Positions 10,730 to 21,500 of a stretch of 36,993 nt of DNA are shown here, in pieces (the first letter of the stretch is position 1; each line of letters begins with the position of its first letter). This stretch comes from Sphaeroforma arctica JP610 (Eukaryota): assembly GCF_001186125.1 (NCBI RefSeq), contig NW_014040055.1:1-36993 (forward strand), read 5' to 3'. The notes under the pieces were generated by a model. That model ran no database searches. It was not told the DNA's origin and worked only from the letters and a program-made list of their open reading frames with translations. The position numbers and the translations under genes are program-made.

Positions 10730-12206
10730 ATTTATTTCAAAAAAGATAGATTACAATGTATGTATGTTACAAAGTAGGGACATATGGTATGGCTCTCATA
10801 GCCATTTTAGTGGTTCGGGAAAGATCGATGGGAAGAAGTGGTTAGTAAATTCCCGTTTGAAGCCTGGGCCAAGTGAGTCGACGATGGAGGATATGCGCTG
10901 AGTCAATTTGGGCCGGTGCTGACAGAACACTGATACCATCGAATGTGTCATGTATTCGCTTGCTGACCTACTAAGTAGCGTACCCACCTCTGTGGTACGG
11001 ATCGGGTCTGCGCCGTGTAGTGCCGTGGAATGGGTTAGTGCAGAGTACGAAATACCGAGTAGGACCAGGTTATCCGGCATAATTCGGTCGAGGAGCAAGG
11101 ATGGGGGTGAGCCAATGCCGCACCAGACCACGGATGCATTCGGTATGTGCTGGCTGGTCTGGATCGTAAGTATAATAAACGGAACCAACAAGCGCGATGA
11201 TTTGGTTTGAACCGAAATTTGGAAGTAGTACTTCAACAGCGTGATTAGCCGGGGTATGGGGAACATATGTTGATGTGTCAGAGGCGGGTGAGGGTACGGT
11301 GGTTCTTCTACATGCTGGAGAAAAGATACAAGGTGTTCGTGGAGGGTCCAGATACCGTGGAAGTCGTGGCACTCCTGTAATTGCTGGAGGAGGTCAGGGC
11401 CAATGGGCGGCAGTTTCGGGCCTACCAGGATGCGTCGAGTCAGTTGTTGGATGCAGGTAAAGTGGCTGGTGGTGAACTTGTGGCTACCGGGGCAGACAGG
11501 GCAGAGACAGCCGTCGGTGCGGTAGTCGAGTAATGTGAACATGTACGTATTCGTTACAATCATAGCACAGAGCCGGATTGGTGTGGGCTCGAAGCAACGG
11601 TTGAAGCTGTCGTGTCTGGCTTTGTCTCGGTTTGAAGTTGGCGGTTTACCCATAACCAGTTGGTAGTAGTATTGGCGCCGGGCCATTGCCGCGATCTCCT
11701 TGTTGGACCAGCGTTTTGTTGAGTTCTTCCTGATGTCGTCACAGCGTTGGCGGAGGGCTACATGGTCGAGTGTACGCCCGCCCGTGGTTTTGTGTACAGT
11801 TTTCAGGTGAGCATAGATACTGTACGGGAAGCGTAGTGATGGTTTGTCGTGGGCCCAGGCGGGTTACGTCAGAGGGGTGAGTGTATTTGTGCAGGCCATT
11901 GAATCGAGTTGTATTCCCAGGCAGCCTCCGACGTAGTCCGCGAATGGTCGCACGGGTAGCAGGCCACAAAAGTGTAATGAGTTTGCTTGATGTTTGGGAA
12001 ACCGAGGGTATTTAGTGCCCGTGATAATGGCTGCTGCTTCGAACACGGAGTCCAACTCATCCTTCCATATAGGCGGAGTCCAGGCAATAATGTTCAGGCC
12101 ATATGTAGCCGTGGATAGGATGAATATTTTGAACAGTACGAGTCGGTTGCGGGGGTGTTGCCAACTGAAGCCATGGAAGCCATAAGCGCGGAAAGAGGCG
12201 ATACCT
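10730..12206 (-). mobile_element. Non-LTR retrotransposon (LINE) ORF2, C-terminal part and short 3' UTR
   Basis: One frame runs from 12202 to 10796 with a single stop (11864): RLVLFKIFILSTATYGL (LINE RT thumb motif), CPVCPGSHKFTTSHFTC (CCHC knuckle), then ~210 further aa. AATAAA lies at ~10731-10736 on the minus strand. Confidence 0.78.
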
Positions 12207-12720
12207 TGTTAGAGTACAATGTAGTACACTTGAAATAAAGTGCAAATGTATGTATTTATTTCTGACCTCACCTTTGGTTTTATACCTAAGGTGTTTGTGC
12301 TAGTGTTCAGCCGCTTGGGCTGGCCAGGGTCAAAACTCATATGGTCAGTATGAGAAACCTTATGCGGAACACTTTAACACTTCGATGCTTTTCTATTTCA
12401 ACTTCTCTGCAATTAAATCTCACGCTGATCACATGATGCCTTTCCGCATAGGTTGTGACTCACATAGAACCGCAGCTATTATTAATATGTTGTGGTTGAC
12501 AGGCTTAATCCACTCTCGGGAATCGGTTGAGAAACTAAATCTGCTCTCGGAAGTCAAGTAATAACTCAACTCTTGAGAGTAATTTGAGCAACTTGATTAG
12601 CTCTCGGGAGTGAGCTAACTCTGATGACTTAGCTCTCGGGAGTGAGCTAATTCTGATGACTTCCATAAATCAAAGATGGTTTCTTGCTGTAAAATCTGGT
12701 CTGTGACCTGTAGTCTCTCA
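12207..12720 (-). repeat. Copia 3' LTR (514 bp)
   Basis: Direct repeat of 18274-18791; by manual alignment 14 substitutions and one 4-bp indel. Confidence 0.97.
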
Positions 12721-12730
12721 CTCCCCCTCA
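12721..12730 (-). promoter_or_regulatory. Polypurine tract of the Copia element
   Basis: Minus strand reads GAGGGGGAG immediately before TGAGAGAC (LTR start). Confidence 0.9.
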
Positions 12731-13733
12731 ATTTTACAATCAACAAGGGCTGAAGTCTGAAGGCTGAAAATTGGAAACTAAAGACTAATGAAGGCTGAAG
12801 ACCTAAGACCTGGATTGTGAAATTATTGACTCGGTAGATGGATTGGGCGATAGGCGTTGAACCAATGTATATTTGTCGAAGACGTTTACGAATTGGTGCT
12901 GTTGAGTATTGTCTCGATGAAAATCGTTGAAAACGGTGTTTTTTCTTCTTCTGAAGAGTAGACGATCTCCTGTACAGTGACAGGCTTCACGACTGGCGTG
13001 GATAATCTTCTGTATGGGGACATGCATAACAATTTCGCAAGTAAAAAGACTCGAGATTTTCTTGAAAAATGCATTTTGCTTACTGAATCGGTGTGTACTG
13101 TGGCGTGGATGCTGTGGGACAGCTCCCTTCTGCGTTGTGGCATATTGGTTTGACTTTGGGATGTGGCCTGTGAGGCTGAGACTCAGAGACTGTGAGGCTA
13201 CGATTTTCTCTTGGGTCTTGGAATGTGCGGCTCATATGCTGCGGTCTGGCTGCTATCCTTAGTATGGTTGCTTTTGTGTGAGGTTGTGGTCCCTGTAGGG
13301 CCTGTGGGCTGTGAATTTCACAATTTTGTTTGTATCCTGCGAGTGAATTTCTATACAAATTGTCACAGGTATGCAACTTTTACGATATCACACATAAAAA
13401 TTAAAAGAGCCAGTAAGTACTAATATCATGTGTATCAATAAATACAAATTGTCTGCGGGATTCAACTTTAACTTCAGAGTACTTTTATGCCAAAACACTG
13501 TCGCACAAGTAAATACTTGGGTGTTTATCGATAGGAACAATTATATGAACAAATATATAGTTATATATTGCGTGTACATTATTTATAATCTCATTTTTAC
13601 ATATAATACAAACAGTTTGTACACACTCTTTTTACAAGGTACGATATATCTGTATATTTTGCAGTCGGAGATAGAAGCACAAAGCATTTGACACCTGCTT
13701 ACCTTAAAATACTTACCTTTATTACAAATTGGA

Positions 13734-16700
13734 CTATGTTGATACTGGCATCCGAGTCATTAGTCTGTCACGTATGTCGGTAAACTTCTCTCGGCTGAGT
13801 GGCTTCGTGAAGAAATCACTGAGTAGTTGTTCTGATGGTATGTATTTTAGCTTGATGGTGTTGTTCGATGTGAGTTCTCTGATGTGATGATATCGTAGAT
13901 CGACATGTTTTGTTCGGCGGGATTTCGTGATACCATTTCCCATCAGTATTGCTGACTTGTCGTCCTGTTTTATGGTGGTGGGTTCTACGAGCGGAATGCC
14001 GAATTCTGTGGAGAGATTCCTAGCCCATACTGCGCCTTTGGCTGTATCAGATTGTGCTACGTATCCTGCCTCTGCTGTAGACGTTGTTACTAGTCGTTGC
14101 AAGTTTGTTCCCCACATGAATGGTGCATCTGCTATAATGCCCACTCGCCAGGTGGTGGATCGTCTTGTTGTGTCATCGCTAGCAAAGCTACTGTCTACAC
14201 TCAGATAGGGAATACATGGTTCTTTGTTCGTGTATTCAAGTCCGAAGTCCTGAGTGCCAGCGAGATACTTCAAACAGCGCTTGGCACCTCTGAAGTGGTG
14301 GTACTGAGGTGCTATCAGATAGCGACTTAGGATCGAAACTGCAAAGCATATATCCACTCGTATTTGATCTACAAGGTATCGTAGCTGACCTACTATCTTG
14401 TTGTATTGTGTGATTGTTGGGACGTCTGAGCTGGCCGCCTTTTTCGGGAGATATGCATGTTTGTCTGTTACTTCACAGTCCGATTCTAGAATTGGCACCC
14501 ATGCTGGTTTACAATCTATCAACCCTCCTTATTCCTGCAATATTTATCTTAGGTATAGTCGTTGATGGTAACGTACTCTTCTAGAGTGTATTTCCACTTG
14601 GCACTTGAGAAATCATAACGGTAGGCCCATATCAACAGTGTTCCATTCGCCTTTCATTGCGTCAGCTAGTTTCTGTCTGTCGGTCTTACTCTGGCATGCT
14701 GCAATTTTGTCATCTACGTGTACGATAATGAAACAAGGTCCACTGTGTGTTTGTTTGATGAACAGTGCTCCATCCGATTGTGCTTGTTTACAACTGTGTT
14801 GTATAGCAAACCGATGGATAGCTTTAAACCAGTAGTGTCCGCTAGGTGGTAGACCGTATACGCAACGGTCAACTCGACATACAACCTTTGTGTCTCCTTG
14901 CTTGTGCCTTTCGTACAGTTTTTTCTGAGACGGGTCCAATAGATGTTCGATGAGATTGTATCCTTGCGGTACTCGCATGTAGCTAGGGGTATCCAGTTCT
15001 TGAGTGAGGTAGGCCGAGGGTGTATCGTATTGTCGAATGTCCATGTCATAGTGTGCCCTTAGAACTAGACAGATCCTGAGTGTTTCCTTGGCTACTACTG
15101 GGGCATAGCTTTCATCGTAATCGACCCCCTGTTTTGCATTGAATGCTGCTACATTCAGACGTGATTTGAGTCGTGTGACTTGTCCTTATTCATCCGTTTT
15201 TGCCTTGAAGACCCATCGAGGGGGGAATAATGATTTCTCTCGCGGTTTGTTGTCAGCCAGAGTGAATGCCTTGCGCTGTATCACCAAGCTCTCCATCTCC
15301 GAACGTGCTGATTCTTCCCAGTCGGCTGCATTTTGCATATCATATATACCTTTGTATGTTTTCGGTTCCATTGCTACAGTTGCTGAATTGACAGTGTATG
15401 TAGTGCTAGAAGTTCTCTTACGGTGGCTATCGTGATACCAGTCGACATTATTATCACCTATCGCGAGGTCCCGCAGTTCTCGAGAGACTTGGCGACCTTC
15501 TGCCGTTCTTCTAGCTATGGTTGCTTCGAGATCATGTTGTGCTTTGGTAGTCGCTGCAGAAGCCTCCGACTCGTTGGTACGTACTTTACTCTCAGCAGGT
15601 TGTTGTATTGACGATGAAGTTATTTGTAGTTGGTCTGAGTTGCTCGATTTGTGTATCACAGTGGACTGGGCTTGTTGGCTAAGCATATCTTCCGTTGTCG
15701 ATGTTGTCCCTGCGTCTGTTTGGAAATCGACATTCTCGATTTGGAGGAATGTACTACTGTTCGTAGTGTCAGGTGGTGCGATAGCGGTTTTACATTTGTT
15801 ATCTTCCCAGGCAAAGAATTCATCTTCGAATATATAGACGTCTCGGCTTTGTATTATACGTTTGGTCAGAGGTGGGTATATACGATACGAGTCCGGTGTT
15901 GTGTCCAAGGGTTGCGCAAGAAGAATGCCACCCAGTGCTTTGTCGTCGAGTTTGCCGTCTGGATCACGGTTTATGTATGCGATGTGACACCCGAATGTTC
16001 TGAACATATCTATCGGAAATGCATATCTTGTAAACTTCTCGTATGGGGATGAGCTCTTCTCGTTGGTGGGTATAGCATTGTATATGTTGGTAGTTTGAAT
16101 CAGTGATTAAGCCCACATAGTAGTCGGTAGACGTGCATACTTCAGTTGTGCAAGCATTCTAGGGGCCAGTGTACCATGGAGTCTCTCTACCTTGCCATGG
16201 TATTGTGGCGTGGCCGTAGGTGCGTACCTCGAGCAGTATCCCAAATACGCAAGCATGCGCCTCGTTACGTTTGCTGTAAACTGTGAGCCTCGATCCATTT
16301 GTATGCACTGAACTCGGTGATGACTTAAGATGTACCATTCATCGAAGGTGTGTAACATAGCATCCAAAATTGTTGTCGCTTTCAGATCGCGGATCGGATA
16401 CTCTTTGGCCATGCTAGAAAAGTCGTCTATGATTGATACATAGTGGGTGTTGGATCCTATTGACGTTACGAACGGTCCTATTATGTCCACGAAGACTAAC
16501 TCGAGGGGCTCTGTAGCATGTTCGTGCTGTCGTTCCTTGTTTGTATTCTTGTTCTTCTTCTTAGCAATAGTGCATGCTTTGCATCGTTCCTCTGGTTGCC
16601 TTATGCAGGGTAAATCTTTTGGGACGTAGCTGGGGTGCGCGAACCTGTTGTGCCATGAAATCTGATTGACTTTCTCCAGCGATGGTTCCACTGTAGTCAT

Positions 16701-17040
16701 AGCTATGTCGTCGATGTGCACACAGTATATTCTGTGTTTTTCATGTACTGTTATGGTTCCAAAGCTTGGTAGTAATATGTACATCATGCTGTTGGTGAAT
16801 TCAAATGAGTAATGTCGCGCTGAGAGTAGGCTGATACTTAGTAGTGCAGTTTTAAATGTCGTATCAATGAGTACGTCCCCCAAGTTTCCTAGCTGAGCCA
16901 CATACTTCGGATAAATGATTGTACCATCAGCTACTTCGAGCGCATACCGATCATTAATGCGCATGTTGCTGACGAGATGATGTTTGTGGTACTTATAGGG
17001 AAGTACGTGTATGGTGGCGCAACTATCGCAAGCTAGTCAG
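13734..17040 (-). pseudogene. pol: Copia pol (protease, integrase, RT, RNase H), interrupted
   Basis: DSCATIHV (~17005-17030); WHNRFAH..CKAC; VFVDIIGP, IIDDFS, QMDRGSQF, GKVERLHGTL; PRWVFKAK, YDTPSAYL, VYGLPPSG, VHVDD; VDSSFA, STAEAGY, TKHVDLRYH, DFFTKPL. Confidence 0.95.
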
Positions 17041-17436
17041 TATCCACCTCTGGAATCTCTATCTGACTGATCATTCACCTCCTTGTTGTCGATTGTAGGG
17101 TTAATTGTGGAGAATGCAATCTGTCTGTTTGCAGGTAACTGGTCATCAGATACTTGTGCTGACATACCTTTGTCTTGTCTGCCGTCATGAGCTTGGCGTC
17201 GATTGCTCTGGGATCTATATGTTCTGTCAATGTCTTGTGAATGTTAGATATCTCGTGAATATCTACCATCGTCGTAGTCGCGTCGATTGTACCTATCTAC
17301 TCGGTAGTCCTGTCGGTCCTGATCATTGTGATTATCGTAGCGGTATTGGTAGCTGTTGTTTCTGTTGTACTGTTCCACACGAGTACGGTAGTCACGATTC
17401 GAATAAGGTCGGCGATGCTTGTCATTGTTTTTGGGC

Positions 17437-18239
17437 TTAAAATCTGTAGTCTCTCATGTCATGACGAAGACCAGGTTTGTCAATCCGTCGATCGTAACGT
17501 TTACGACCGTCGTGGTCACGATCCTGATTATGTGGGTTACCAGCAACGCATGATTTGATTAGAGCTTGTAGCTTACGGCATTGCCCGATGGAATGCCAAC
17601 GATTATTGCAGAATGCACAATTTCCTGTCGATATAGCTGCATGCGCACCGTGCACAATGGTTGATGGGTCACTTTCATCTGGATCCAATGCGATGAGGTA
17701 CGTGGTGAGCTCATCATACGACATGGCCATCATAACGGATGTCTTCAACATAATCTTAACAGTCTGATTATCGTCGTTTACAGGCTGCCGTAGAATAGCG
17801 CATAGGCTGTTGTTAGACTTCGTACCTCCGGCGTTCTTGAATTTCACAAATGCCGTGTTGAGACGACTGATAAGGCAGGCGTAGATTCGTTCCGTTCTTG
17901 CGTGATGCGGTTCAGTTTTCCTTCTAATGTCTGGATATTATCTTCGGTCAGGGCTTCAAACTCGAGTTTCAGTGCGGCAAAAGCTTCCCACGGCTTATCA
18001 ATGAATTGGCTGATCTCCGTTTGCAGCTGTGGAGATAAGGTGCGGTTGATAATCTGATATGCCTCAGCGATTTCCTTGGGTGTCCATCGGTTGCCTCTAG
18101 ATGGGGTTGGATCGGTCAATATTGTTGGGATTCCTTCACAATTCACGGATAGAATTGTTTGGGTTTTCCAAGGAAGCCAGTCAACCTTCGATTCGAGAAT
18201 AGTGGTGGTCTTAATATCCTTAGAGTTCACAGTAGGCAT
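17437..18239 (-). pseudogene. gag: Copia gag with CX2CX4HX4C zinc knuckle, frameshifted
   Basis: ORFs 17844-18239 (DWLPWK..) and 17437-17847 (CAFCNNRWHSIGQC); the ATG lies 35 nt from the 5' LTR. Confidence 0.88.
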
Positions 18240-18273
18240 ATTGATAGCGCGAGATCAGAGTGACCTGATAAGT

Positions 18274-18791
18274 TGATAGAGTACAATGTAGTAGACTTTA
18301 AGTAAAGTGCAAATGTATGTATTTATTTCTGACCTCACCTTTGGTTTTATACCTAAGGTGTTTGTGCTAGTGTTCAGCCGCTTGGGCTGGCCAGGGTAAA
18401 ACCTCATATGGTCAGTATGAGAAACCTTATGCGGAACACTTTAACACTTCGATGCTTTTCTATTTCAACTTCTCTGCAATTAAATCTCACGCTGATCACA
18501 TGATGCCTTTCCGCATAGGTTGTGACTCACATAGAACCGCAGCTATTATTAATATGTTGTGGTTGAAAGGCTTAATCCACTCTCGGGAATCGGTTGAGAA
18601 ACTAAATCTACTCTCGGAAGTCGGTTAAGTAATAACTCAACTCTTGAGAGTAATTTGAGCAACTTGATTAGCTCTCGGAAGTGAGCTAACTCTGATGACT
18701 TAGCTCTCGGGAGTGAGCTAATTCTGATGACTTCTACAAATCAAAGATGGTTTCTTGCTGTAAAATTTGGCCTGAGACCTGTAGTCTCTCA
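18274..18791 (-). repeat. Copia 5' LTR (518 bp)
   Basis: Direct repeat of 12207-12720 with TG...CA ends. Confidence 0.97.
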
Positions 18792-18960
18792 TACCTAGAG
18801 ACAATGCTGTAACCAGGGATTCCATATGTCTGGCGAGGTTGATCCCTGGTATTCCGTGAGAGAGTGGGAACCCCAGATATTTAGAGCGTTTCAGTTTGGA
18901 ATGTGTGGGCGACATCTTCAGGAGGAGGTAACGTATGTTCCAAGGTGCGTCTGAAAGCGT
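18792..18960 (-). mobile_element. 5' remnant of the LINE (RT domain 7), 5'-truncated; left boundary exact, right boundary approximate
   Basis: SKYLGFPL..SLG joins in frame across the TSD to IASFRAYGF.. at 12202. Confidence 0.72.
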
Positions 18961-19998
18961 CGGCGTGATAAGCTCACCTTTTATACGGAGGGTTAGCGCC
19001 ACGTGTCGCAAGTAAACCCGCTAATTTCTCACAGTCCCCCCCCCTCAGCTTGAAAATTACAATGTTGGCTTATATGTAATTTGAAGCACATAAACTCAAA
19101 AAGCTCACGTGAATTGTACAAGCGAAAAGAAGCAACGGGTTTCGATCATATAATGGCCTCAATGCTTACAGTATATTCTCTTAGACAAAGTATACTTAGA
19201 CTTTATAAGTTACTCGGTTACTCTATTGCGTGTGGGTTTAGGTCGTTGAGGTCCCCGATGGTGGATGGGACGTTTCTTAGTGCCTTTAGGAGGTACATAC
19301 ATTCCATGGTCCTTGAAACTTGGGAATGAATGACGTCTGTGTATAAGCCTTGACTACATCAGGACGTTTGTTTGTAGGTAAGATAGCTTCTGCGTCTGCC
19401 TTGTTCTTATGTAGACGTTTACGAAACTCCTTATTAAAAGCCCTCAATACATCTGGATCATCGAATACCGATGGAGGTAGATCGTATTGCGCGCCATCTG
19501 CAAACTCTGTTGTGTAGTAAGTGATATCCTCATGTTTGTACTTCCCCAGAATTTTCTTAACCTCGTAAGACGTAAGAGGTGTAGTAGCTTCACGTGTGCG
19601 ACGAAGGATGATTTCTGTCGTTGGAATTCGATGTGATCCGATATTAAGAGCACTTGAACCGTCAACGTTATTAACTTCGTAAGTTCCGCTCTTCGTATCG
19701 GCCACTGAAATCTTGAATGTTCCAATGTATTTAGCCGTAAACACAGCTGTATCGGAGTTGCGAGCCATAATGTTGACTATGTCGCCTACCTCAAACTCGA
19801 CTATATTCTTCGAATCATTCCATCACTTCTGTCTCTTCTTGAACGCGATGTCCTTCATCTCTCTCAAACAAGGAAAGACGACGTCTCTGGTACGACGCAT
19901 CTTCTATAGCCATGGTAACACATGATCTTCTTGAAAGTCCTTGTTAAAAGGTACTTGTAGTTCACTATAACGACCCCTGAAATTATGAGCGGATGTTG

Positions 19999-20025
19999 AT
20001 ATATATATATATATATATATATATA
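19999..20025. repeat. (AT)n microsatellite interrupting the family B integrase
   Basis: Pure AT run directly after ..TPDSVTG in the integrase core. Confidence 0.9.
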
Positions 20026-21119
20026 CCAGTGACTGAATCCGGTGTCTCGTTCATTTGTGTCTGTACCCAGTTAATTGAGTATGGCCACAAGTCAGCATCG
20101 TCTAGTAACACTCCACGCATGAACCTCTTCATCTTTCTGTGTCGCACCTCACTCGCACCTTGTGTCTGAGGCTTATAAGGTACACCCATTTTGTGGCATG
20201 ATCTCGCAACGAGCAACAATGCCGTCATGACGTCTCCTATAAACTCACTACCGTTGTTGGTACATACAATAGCTGGCCAGCCGAAATCTGCGAAACACTT
20301 ATAAATGCACTCAGCCACTGTTTACATTGATTTGTCTTTCAAAGGATATAATACATTATATCTTGAAGCGACATAAAAAATGTGGCAGGCATACTTATCT
20401 TTCGTGTGTTCGGACGTGGGTAGCTCCACCAAATCAATGATAACCCTGCCCCATGGCTCGTCTTCCGATACACTCCGCAATGGGGCATATCCATAGCGCT
20501 TGATCCGGTTAACTTCGCAGTCGTTGCATTCGTGATACACCTGATATATATTGCTTGAGCTATGGGTGTACAATTCCGTATCTCTTACCTTCTTTCTCAG
20601 TCCTAGCCTTATCCATGTGTTTAAGTGTATGATTCTGGTTTAACCACTTCAGAATGTCATCCTCCGATGATCTTGCCGTATCAAAGTCTGTAGGTGAGGA
20701 TTCCACTACTACATCACCAGGACTCGAAGACTCGTCGTGTCCAATCTCGTAAAGACTCGTCTGGTCCAATCTCGCCTGAAAGGTCGGCCGTGTGAATTCT
20801 ACTAATGTTCTCTTTGTCCATTAGTTGAGTTACATGGTCGTATACATTTGGAAAATCATTCATCAACTGTTTGAGTAGCCTGGTCTCGGCTTCGTATGCA
20901 GTTGCTCTGTCAGAACGTATCTTCTTGTAAAATGCTTTTGCTAGTGATGAGTTCCTTTTCGCTTCTTTAAGATCGGATTGTACCTCTGTGACGCATACTG
21001 CAGGTGCGTGTGTCGCCCCAGCCTCTCGGTGAGACTTAGGTGTCAAGAGTGAAATCTTGGATTCTTCGACCTTACGTTTGAAGGTCTCGGATGGTGTCCA
21101 TTTGTTGGTTCCAACTGGA

Positions 21120-21500
21120 CTTATTCGACATATTATTGTATGTCGCCAAGGAGTCTTCTGGACTGCACGGGTACCCTGATAGAGGAAAGTATCTACCTCT
21201 CTATCCACATATATGGGCTCACATTGTATCATCGATATCAACTGTGGTAGCCATTTATCTGAATGTCTTAGGGGACAACCCAACGTGATGGTAGCATCTT
21301 GTATATGAACATAATTCAGCAACTGTGGTATTAACAACCACGGTGGATTCTCATCGGATAAATCGATTTGAAACCCATCACCGTCTGGATGTTCCAGAGT
21401 CCGGTATCACGGCAGTTGCGCATTATGACGTGCTGCAAACATATCAATGGTATGTGGTCCATGTATGTTGTCTGCAATTTTAAACCACCTAGGATTGACC
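21120..21500 (-). pseudogene. Dam/DIRS-type amino (N6-adenine-like) DNA methyltransferase domain in family B pol
   Basis: Single frame: HGPHTIDMFAARHNAQLP*YRTLEHPDGDGFQIDLSDENPPWLLIPQLLNYVHIQDATITLGCPLRHSDKWLPQL..TPWRHTIICRI; NPPW at 21338-21349; one in-frame TGA at 21407. Confidence 0.85.

Larger units (their letters stand above)
12207..18791 (-). mobile_element. Full-length but defective Ty1/Copia LTR retrotransposon with 5-bp TSD TACCT
   Basis: Two TG...CA LTRs, TACCT at 12202-12206 and 18792-18796, a PPT, and Copia domain order gag-PR-IN-RT-RH. Confidence 0.97.

Noticed and set aside
12597..12660. Palindromic 32-bp repeats as a CRISPR array
   Set aside because: Two adjacent units with no spacers, located inside an LTR.
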